Source: an uncultured Bacteroidales bacterium
GTDB taxonomy: Bacteria; Bacteroidota; Bacteroidia; Bacteroidales; FEN-979
Direction of reading: 5' to 3'
Assembly: GCA_963768805.1 (NCBI GenBank)
Contig: CAVYJI010000019.1
Coordinates: forward strand, 277,991-341,990
Length of the DNA: 64,000 bases
Positions within the stretch are counted from its first letter, which is position 1. Every line of letters starts with the position of its first letter. Below are positions 57,244 to 64,000 of the stretch, one piece after another. The position numbers and the translations under genes are program-made. The notes below the pieces were generated by a model. It was not told the DNA's origin and did not search any database. It saw only the letters and a program-made list of their open reading frames with translations.

Positions 57244-58169
57244 TGGATATTTCAGCTTTTACCTTTAAAAGGTTTTCAATTGAACATGTCCCGGCTTTTA
57301 TACCGTTGTTTAGGACATGTTTTAATAAAAAGATAACTCAAGAAAAAGTCGTTCAGATCTTCAGTAATGATCCTGAATGGTTCGGATATCTTGCTTTTGA
57401 CGGTCAGGTTGCAATCGGTTTTTACGGAGTGGTGCCCTTTAATGTCAAGATTGATGGCCAATTAGTTAAAACTGCCCAGTCACTTTTTACGATGGTTCAT
57501 CCCAATTACAGGGGAGGAGAGCTTGTTTTAGGATTGTCCGAACTTACCGTACAGCTTGCATACAGCCAGGGAATAAAATTTTTCTTTGGCTGGCCAAATT
57601 CTTCAAAGCTGTTTAAAGGGTTACTCAAATGGAGTGAACTAGATAACATGCAAAAATATTCTTTCAGGGCAGGAACACTCCCATTAGGGAAAATCGTATG
57701 GAAACTTAGTTTCTTAAAGACGCCATATGATATATATTTCAAAGTAATCCTACGATTAATGGGTTGCAAAATAAGGATTGACCGGGACCTTGAGCCACCG
57801 GATGAAAATAGTGCTATGATCCCCAGAGATCTATCTTACTTTAATTATAAAAAGGCCCTTGGTTCAATTGTTATAACAATTAAAGATAAGATTGTCTGGA
57901 TCAGTAAAGATTACAGGTTAAAAATAGGGGATATTGAAAAGTGTAATATTAATGATTTTAAGAAAGTACTTAAAAAACTGAAATTCATTGCGTTTATAAC
58001 AGGCCTTACAGAAATAGACTTTATTGTCAACCAGCAATCAGAATGGAATTATTTGCTGCAAAATGAATTCGAATCCAAACCTGATCTCCAATTAATGTAT
58101 AAACCATTATCTGAAGGGATCATCCTTAAATCAGTACATTTTACAGGGGGGGATTTTGATACATTCTAG
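57243..58169 (+). CDS. GNAT-fold acyltransferase-like protein (tentative)
   Basis: The N-terminal ~130 aa resemble an acetyltransferase fold (GFYGVVPF...LFTMVHPNYRGGELVLGL). Start/stop overlap (TGATG) with the deacetylase gene. The C-terminal half is unassigned. Confidence 0.4.
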   Translation: MDISAFTFKRFSIEHVPAFIPLFRTCFNKKITQEKVVQIFSNDPEWFGYLAFDGQVAIGFYGVVPFNVKIDGQLVKTAQSLFTMVHPNYRGGELVLGLSELTVQLAYSQGIKFFFGWPNSSKLFKGLLKWSELDNMQKYSFRAGTLPLGKIVWKLSFLKTPYDIYFKVILRLMGCKIRIDRDLEPPDENSAMIPRDLSYFNYKKALGSIVITIKDKIVWISKDYRLKIGDIEKCNINDFKKVLKKLKFIAFITGLTEIDFIVNQQSEWNYLLQNEFESKPDLQLMYKPLSEGIILKSVHFTGGDFDTF

Positions 58170-58343
58170 TTACATTTTTACAAGAAGAACACTTTTTTCA
58201 ACCCGGCGGGGAACAAGTGTAAGTTTCTGAAACCGTCAATATCTGTTCTTAGTTTTCCCGAGTTCCCTTATTATGTCCTTTCATTGAACCAGAGGCGAGA
58301 AAATTGAAAACATAATTAATCTGTGTACATAAACGTGTGCAGA

Positions 58344-58396
58344 TAAAAAAAAACCTCCGAAATAGCTGTTATTACTACTAATTCGGAGGTTTTTTT
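58344..58396. terminator. Bidirectional intrinsic terminator (serves tmRNA on minus and the GNAT-like operon on plus)
   Basis: A 9-bp stem ACCTCCGAA / TTCGGAGGT with a 20-nt loop, flanked by A9 and T6 runs. Confidence 0.6.
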
Positions 58397-58397
58397 G

Positions 58398-58767
58398 TGG
58401 AGTTGGAGGGAGTCGAACCCTCGTCCATACAGGCAGCAAAAGTGTTTTCTACATGCTTAGTTTCCGTTTGGTTGTCGGCAGCAGGCCAGCCGGAAACGGT
58501 CTTACCTGATACTTAGTTCCTGATCTTTCATCCTTTCATCGGAACGCTGAAAGGACCATCTCAACATTTTCGATGCCTCATCCGGAACACCGTTGAGAGA
58601 GGTTTTCCGGGAGACAAGAGGCGCTTAATTTCTAAAATTAAGCAGCCAGTCTGTAAGAATAATTGTCGCCATTTATTGGCTGTGGGAATTGACTTTTAAC
58701 GGGACCTGTTCCCAACGCCCGGCATGCTTGCAATTCCACTTCCCTGCTGTCAAAACCGGTCAACCCC
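58398..58767 (-). ncRNA. ssrA: tmRNA (transfer-messenger RNA)
   Basis: The minus strand starts GGGGTTGACCGGTTTTGACAGC...GCAAGCATGCCGGG and ends GGGTTCGACTCCCTCCAACTCCA (T-arm plus acceptor). The tag ORF GGC GAC AAT TAT TCT TAC AGA CTG GCT GCT TAA (58670-58638) encodes GDNYSYRLAA. Confidence 0.9.
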
Positions 58768-58818
58768 ATGATCTGTCTTCCGGGAAGAAGGGTGCAAATA
58801 TACGAAAATTTCACTGAA

Positions 58819-59802
58819 TCAGAGTCCCAGGAGGTTGCTTACGAAAGCAGACACATCATATTTCGTGTTGAATATACTGTACAATTCACAGATGATAGGA
58901 AACTCTTGTTGTATGTTGATGCCGTCGGAGAGTTCCTCATAAAGCACATTGACCGCCGACTTCCCTTCCAGGACAAGTTCATGGGAAACATGCTCAGTGA
59001 AGAATCCCTTTCCAATGAGAAGTCCCAGTGTCCTGTTACGGCTGAGGTCGTTCAATGCAGTCAGTGTAAAATCGCCATATCCGCAGTACCTGAAAATGGT
59101 TTCTTCCTTCCCGTTAAAATGGAGAAGTACTTTCCGCATTTCATTAAAAGCCCTGGTCAGGATCAGGAACCTGAGGTTAGGGGAATTGAAATGGGCATCC
59201 ACGATCCCCAGGCAGATGGCATAGATGTTTTTCAGGATGCTTAAGATCTCGACACCTTCGATATCCTCCGAACTGTCGGTAAAGATGGTTGTTTCATTGA
59301 ACACGGCGATGAGCCTGTCACCGATAGCCTTATCAGTGCATCCAATAGTAAAACCAGTAGGCACCCTGTTGATGATCTCCCTGGCAAAGCTTGGACCCTT
59401 CATTGAACAGAGTGGATTCGGGAAAGTTCCTTCCAAGCAGCGGATGATGGTTTTATTATCGGGTCCGAATCCTTTAGCAAGATTGACCAGGATTGCGGCA
59501 GGCGGGATCTGAGAATGGATGCCTGCCAGATAATCCATCAGAACCACAGAAGGAACAGCCAGGAAGATAATATCAGAATCACTGATCTGCCCGGTGTCCA
59601 TTGTGGCTTTTAATGAGGGATGAAGATGAAGGGTAGGGAAATACTTTGTATTTATGCCTTCGGTATTGATGGATCTTACGACCTGTTCTTCAATAGATAA
59701 CAGAGTTACCTTATGAAGTTCAGCTGATGCGATCACATTTCCAAGAGCAGTTCCTATCGTCCCTGCGCCGAGAAAAGAAACAATCATTTGTTTTTCTGTC
59801 AT
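58819..59802 (-). CDS. gpsA: NAD(P)H-dependent glycerol-3-phosphate dehydrogenase-like protein
   Basis: N-terminal FLGAGTIGTALG Rossmann motif, NLAKGF, GPSFAREI and the LKNIYAI..G pattern of the GpsA family. Confidence 0.78.
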   Translation of the reverse strand: MTEKQMIVSFLGAGTIGTALGNVIASAELHKVTLLSIEEQVVRSINTEGINTKYFPTLHLHPSLKATMDTGQISDSDIIFLAVPSVVLMDYLAGIHSQIPPAAILVNLAKGFGPDNKTIIRCLEGTFPNPLCSMKGPSFAREIINRVPTGFTIGCTDKAIGDRLIAVFNETTIFTDSSEDIEGVEILSILKNIYAICLGIVDAHFNSPNLRFLILTRAFNEMRKVLLHFNGKEETIFRYCGYGDFTLTALNDLSRNRTLGLLIGKGFFTEHVSHELVLEGKSAVNVLYEELSDGINIQQEFPIICELYSIFNTKYDVSAFVSNLLGL

Positions 59803-59828
59803 TAGGAGTTCTTCTAATTCAGGCAGTA

Positions 59829-62243
59829 TTAGCTTTCCAGCGATAAAATTAGGGAAAAACCGGCTCCCCTGGTTCTTTCAATCAATAATTTCCCATCCAG
59901 CTGCCTGGCAAGAAGTGTTATGATCTGGCTTCCCATGGAGGTTCTCGTTGAAATATCAAAATCAGCAGGTAATCCAATCCCATCGTCCACTACCTTAAGG
60001 CACCTCATTTCACCATCAGCATCTGTTCTTTCGGGTGCTTTTTCCCAGGATACCCATATGTTCCCTTCCTGGCTATAAGGGAAGGCATATTTGAAAGCGT
60101 TTGTCAGCAGTTCATTTACGATCAGTCCAAGTGGCAGGGTTATCTTCACGTCCACGATCTCATTAAGAAAATCCTGGTGGACTGTGATCCTGTTGCTGGA
60201 AAATGCAGAACAAACGATCCCGACAAGTTTTGAGAGGTATTCGCCGATGGGCAGGACCTCGATGTTCCTGTTTTTATAAAGCTCTTCATGGACCAGTGAC
60301 ATAGCCCTGACTCTAAAGTGCAGGTCTGAGAAGATGTCGAGTGTTTTATGATCAGTAACTTCACTTTTTTGCATATTCACAAGGCTTGCCAGGATGGCAA
60401 GATTATTCTTTACCCGATGATGAACTTCCCTGATAAGCACTTCCTGCTGTCTTGCAGATTCCATCAGCGCCGCCTCCTGGTCGATCTGGGTGGAGACATC
60501 CCTGGTTATCGAAAGCATTGCCTGCAGCTTATCTGTCGTTGGATTAAAGATGGGGTTTATGTTGCTTTCGACCCAGAATACAGTACCATCCTTTTTAACG
60601 GCCTGGTAGAGGAATCTTGTTGCTTCGCGGTACTCCATCATAATTTCAAATTCGGCATCAAAGGATCTCCTTGAATCAGGATGAATGAAATCACGAAAAT
60701 CAGACTTGTTCATCAGCTCTTCAGGCGAATACCCCAGAAAAAATTCGCTGGAGGGTGAGATATACAGACATGTGAATTTACTGTCCATCAGGGTTACCAT
60801 GTCAGCTGTATGGTCGGCAATGAACCGGTACTCCTGTTCCCTTTTGACCAACTCTTCATTTTGGATGACCTGTTCCCTGATCTTATCCTGCAATTGATAA
60901 TTACTCTCTTCTGCAAGTCTTTTTGCCCTTCTGTTTTTGGCCATTTCCTGGTATATGTAAACAGCTAAAACAATCATCAGCAAAGAAAGAGCTATCATTA
61001 ACAGCAACAGCAGGTTCGTGTTCTTCACTCCAAGTTTCTGGATAGCATTCTCATCCCTTAGCATTTCAAGCTGTTTCTCGTTATTACTGAAGGCCCTGTT
61101 CATTTCCATCATTGCAACCTGATCCTTCATTTTCGCATTTTCCACAACAGCCTCTGTCTTGATATAATCCTGCAATGCAGCCAATGCGTTTTTCCATTCC
61201 TTCTTAGCCAGATAAAGCTCATATAATTCTTTCATTCCCAATGCCTCCATGAAATCATCCTTAAGGATCTTAACATTGTTCAGTCCATGCAGAAGGAAGA
61301 ACTGTGCAGAATCATAATTTCCCAGCTTAAAGTAAGTATGACCTATATTCAGCATTGAACTGGTCATCAAATGGAAGACTTTTTCATTTTTCCTGACGAG
61401 CATTGCAAGCTTGTTGTAATACAAAGCTTTGTTAAGCTCGTTTTCCAGTTCATATATGTAGGCGATTGATGTCAGTAAAGTACCATTAAAAATGGGAGAG
61501 TCATGTGGATTTTCCTGTATTGCTTCGCGGTAATAAAATAAGGCAGTATCATATTTTTTTATTGACAAATAAAAGTTCCCGGTTTTTTGCATGACCCATA
61601 ATTTTGTGCGGAGATTTGGTAATCTGGGTTTCAGGGCGAGGGCGTTCAAGATTTGCCTTTCCGCTCCTTCAGTATCTCCTTTCACCTGACAAAGTATCTC
61701 TCCCAGGCCGATATAATCTCCAACTATGTGGTCCAGATTATTCGACTTCAGATCATAAGGCATTCCTTTTCTGATATACTCATATGCACGTTCCCTTTTT
61801 CCCGCATTCATAAGGACCACTGCTAAACCATAATAGCCATCATTGACCAGGGATGCATATCCGGCAGGTTCAGAAATGTTCAGAGATTCAAGCAAATCCT
61901 CAAGTGATTCAAGCATGTTATTTTCTTTAAAGGAAGACGAGGACATGCGTATTAATGCAGTCGCTTCGCCTTTACTGTACCTGATAAGCTTTGAAAGCTT
62001 AAGAGCCCTGACGGCAAGGTCATGGCTCAGGTGAGGGAGAGAATCCAGGTACACAAGCGAAAGGTTATTCAGGGCAGCGACCTCAAATTTGTCATTGTAT
62101 GGAAGTCCTTTCTGATCTTTCGGGTTTATTTGGTGGTCAGCCTTAAAGGATGTTGCGAAAACAGATAAAGAGAGTCCCGATGCGAGAAGAACATAACAGA
62201 TAATAAAAGGAAGCAAGATATTCCTTGTCATAAAGCCATACAT
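59829..62243 (-). CDS. Sensor histidine kinase (periplasmic TPR-like sensor, TM, PAS, HisKA_2, HATPase_c)
   Basis: Signal/TM, about 350 aa of TPR-like helices, and a TM (LLLLLMIALSLLMIVLAVYIY). A PAS follows (FIADHTADMVTLMD...), then the H-box EVHHRVKNNLAILASL and the ATPase N/G boxes (NELLTNAFKYAF, DDGIGLP). Confidence 0.85.
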   Translation of the reverse strand: MYGFMTRNILLPFIICYVLLASGLSLSVFATSFKADHQINPKDQKGLPYNDKFEVAALNNLSLVYLDSLPHLSHDLAVRALKLSKLIRYSKGEATALIRMSSSSFKENNMLESLEDLLESLNISEPAGYASLVNDGYYGLAVVLMNAGKRERAYEYIRKGMPYDLKSNNLDHIVGDYIGLGEILCQVKGDTEGAERQILNALALKPRLPNLRTKLWVMQKTGNFYLSIKKYDTALFYYREAIQENPHDSPIFNGTLLTSIAYIYELENELNKALYYNKLAMLVRKNEKVFHLMTSSMLNIGHTYFKLGNYDSAQFFLLHGLNNVKILKDDFMEALGMKELYELYLAKKEWKNALAALQDYIKTEAVVENAKMKDQVAMMEMNRAFSNNEKQLEMLRDENAIQKLGVKNTNLLLLLMIALSLLMIVLAVYIYQEMAKNRRAKRLAEESNYQLQDKIREQVIQNEELVKREQEYRFIADHTADMVTLMDSKFTCLYISPSSEFFLGYSPEELMNKSDFRDFIHPDSRRSFDAEFEIMMEYREATRFLYQAVKKDGTVFWVESNINPIFNPTTDKLQAMLSITRDVSTQIDQEAALMESARQQEVLIREVHHRVKNNLAILASLVNMQKSEVTDHKTLDIFSDLHFRVRAMSLVHEELYKNRNIEVLPIGEYLSKLVGIVCSAFSSNRITVHQDFLNEIVDVKITLPLGLIVNELLTNAFKYAFPYSQEGNIWVSWEKAPERTDADGEMRCLKVVDDGIGLPADFDISTRTSMGSQIITLLARQLDGKLLIERTRGAGFSLILSLES

Positions 62244-62357
62244 GAGTTTACCGGATCGTATTACAAAATTAGAAAATAAAATGAAAGGTGTCCCATTACT
62301 AATTTCTTAATTTTGTTTCGATATTGGTCACACTCATAAACCTAACCTTGCAGAAAA

Positions 62358-63356
62358 ATGGACCTGGAAGCAAAGAACGTTCTAGTTACCGGTGCCGGTG
62401 GATTTATCGGCAGTCACCTTGTTGAGGCACTCTTGTCGATGAAGTGCCATGTCACGGCATTCGTTCATTACAACTCTTTTAACCGGTGGGGGTGGATCGA
62501 TTCGTTGCCCCTGAAGAAACAGGATTCCATCCGTATTTTCACGGGCGACATACGCGATCCCAACGGTGTCAGGGAGGTAATGGAAGAAACGGATGTGGTC
62601 TTCCACCTGGCAGCACTGATCGGCATTCCCTATTCATATCATTCACCAGATACCTATGTAGACACGAATATCAAGGGGACCCTGAACGTCCTTCAGGCAG
62701 CCCGCGACCTGGGTGTGCAAAAGATCATCCACACCTCCACCAGCGAGGTTTACGGAACAGCTCAATTTGTCCCGATCACCGAAGCGCACCCAATAAACCC
62801 TCAATCTCCTTATGCAGCGACAAAAGCAGGCGCTGATCACCTCGCACTCTCATTTTACCGGTCATTCGAATTACCTGTCTGCGTCGTCAGGCCATTCAAC
62901 ACATATGGGCCCCGGCAATCCGCAAGGGCCGTGATCCCGACCATTATCACACAGATCCTGAGCGGGAAGAGCACCATCAAGCTGGGTTCCCTTTCGCCCA
63001 CGAGGGACATGAACTATGTGGACGATACCGTGAAGGGATTTATCCGGGCAGCCGAAGTTGATGAATCCACAGGAATGGTCATCAACCTGGGAAGCGGCAC
63101 TGAGATCCCGATCGGCGATCTTGCAATGAAGATCGCAGGGCTTATGGAGAAGGATATCTCCATCGAATCCGAGGATGATCGCATACGGCCTGAGGACAGT
63201 GAAGTTGAACGGTTGCAGGCAGACAATTCACTGGCACAGGTGGTATTGAACTGGAGACCTGCCTGCAGACTGGATAAAGGCCTGAAGGAGACGATAAGAT
63301 GGTTCTCGGGGGAAGAAAATAAATCGTTGTACAAAGCCGATATTTATAATTATTGA
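62358..63356 (+). CDS. NAD-dependent epimerase/dehydratase (extended SDR)
   Basis: VTGAGGFIGSHL, STSEVYG and catalytic YAATKAGAD (YxxxK). Confidence 0.85.
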   Translation: MDLEAKNVLVTGAGGFIGSHLVEALLSMKCHVTAFVHYNSFNRWGWIDSLPLKKQDSIRIFTGDIRDPNGVREVMEETDVVFHLAALIGIPYSYHSPDTYVDTNIKGTLNVLQAARDLGVQKIIHTSTSEVYGTAQFVPITEAHPINPQSPYAATKAGADHLALSFYRSFELPVCVVRPFNTYGPRQSARAVIPTIITQILSGKSTIKLGSLSPTRDMNYVDDTVKGFIRAAEVDESTGMVINLGSGTEIPIGDLAMKIAGLMEKDISIESEDDRIRPEDSEVERLQADNSLAQVVLNWRPACRLDKGLKETIRWFSGEENKSLYKADIYNY

Positions 63357-64000
63357 AAAAGATACTTGTCACGGGGTCCAATGGGTTCATCGGGAAAGCG
63401 CTTATTAACAAGCTTACCGGCCTGGGGTTCACCGCTACCGGATTCGATATTGCCGACGGAGATATTGCCGAGGAGGGTTCCCTTGCCCAGCTGGAGAAAG
63501 AGGAAATCACTTATGTCTTTCATCTTGCAGGAAAGACGTTTGTCCCTGAAAGCTGGTCACATCCATTCAGCTTTTACAGGACCAATGTCATGGGGACAGA
63601 AAATATCCTTGAGTTCTGCCGGAAGACAGGCGCCGGGCTGACCTATATAAGCTCATACCTCTATGGGAAACCCGAGTACCTGCCGATCGACGAGGATCAC
63701 CCGGTCAAAGCGTATAATCCTTACAGCCATTCGAAAGTAGTTGCGGAAGAAATATGCCGGTATTACCGTGACCAGTTCAAACTGGGTATCTCCATAATGA
63801 GACCTTTTAATGTCTATGGCCCCGGCCAGTCATCCCAATTCCTGATCCCTGGTCTGATACAAAAGATGCTGGATCCGAAAACTGATGTTATCGAGGTCAT
63901 GGATATAAGGCCAAAGCGTGATTTTCTTTTCATCGACGATTTTACCGAGGCCCTATACCTGTCGATGAACGGTCCCAGGGGGATTTATAACATCGGGAGC
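63353..64000 (+). CDS. NAD-dependent epimerase/dehydratase (extended SDR), 3' end outside the window; TTG start overlapping the previous stop (ATTGA)
   Basis: My own translation from 63353 gives LKKILVTGSNGFIGKALI...YSHSKVVAE...RPFNVYGPGQ, open to the window end. It is absent from the ORF track because no stop falls in the window. Confidence 0.8.
   Translation, partial: MKKILVTGSNGFIGKALINKLTGLGFTATGFDIADGDIAEEGSLAQLEKEEITYVFHLAGKTFVPESWSHPFSFYRTNVMGTENILEFCRKTGAGLTYISSYLYGKPEYLPIDEDHPVKAYNPYSHSKVVAEEICRYYRDQFKLGISIMRPFNVYGPGQSSQFLIPGLIQKMLDPKTDVIEVMDIRPKRDFLFIDDFTEALYLSMNGPRGIYNIGS

Noticed and set aside
27610-58397. Possible genomic island integrated at the 3' end of ssrA
   Set aside because: There is no integrase gene, and I could find no direct repeat of the tmRNA 3' end elsewhere in the window. 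The content (adhesins, glycan genes) is typical Bacteroidota chromosome, so the evidence is insufficient.
58768-59244. 158-aa plus-strand ORF next to the tmRNA
   Set aside because: It is fully antisense to the well-supported gpsA-like gene (58819-59802), starts immediately at the tmRNA 5' end, and shows no recognisable motif.
63366-63641. 91-aa ORF from the track at the 3' end of the window
   Set aside because: It is in the wrong frame. Translation from the TTG at 63353 gives a clear extended-SDR epimerase (GSNGFIG, YSHSK) that stays open to the window end.

Overview
AT-rich Bacteroidota-type chromosomal segment with four blocks. (1) 0.6-16.1 kb, minus strand: a syntenic dcw division/cell-wall cluster (mraZ-rsmH-ftsL-ftsI-murE-mraY-murD-ftsW-murG-murC-ftsQ-ftsA-ftsZ, then yqeY). 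It has a three-fold GTGGGGA MraZ-box operator. murD is reduced to its C-terminal ~180 codons. (2) 16.2-25.1 kb, plus strand: an orphan sigma-54 response regulator with no DNA-binding domain, bracketed by two 146-bp structured repeats exactly 1560 bp apart. A tightly coupled operon follows: PqqD-like protein, ATP-grasp ligase, Orn/DAP-type PLP decarboxylase, a urea-transporter-like channel split into two half genes (the second fused to an M23 peptidase), a putative outer-membrane barrel and a TPR protein. I know of no described function for this gene combination, so it is my best candidate for an undescribed system. (3) 25.3-53.8 kb: a surface-protein region. It holds a GT-C/TMTC-like membrane protein with TPRs, three very large T9SS type-B-CTD adhesins, a Kelch/T9SS protein, two methyltransferases and a Wzx flippase. 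One adhesin is separated from its promoter by an ISL3 insertion with intact IRs and an 8-bp TSD. One is a ~3,860-codon SprB/PKD giant split by a +1 frameshift. Two share a near-identical ~0.8-kb 3' cassette. (4) 53.9-64 kb: a KASIII/ACP/ketoreductase module divergent from deacetylase and GNAT-like genes, tmRNA, gpsA-like, a TPR-PAS-HisKA_2 kinase and two SDR epimerase genes. All functional calls come from motif recognition by eye; no database search was possible.
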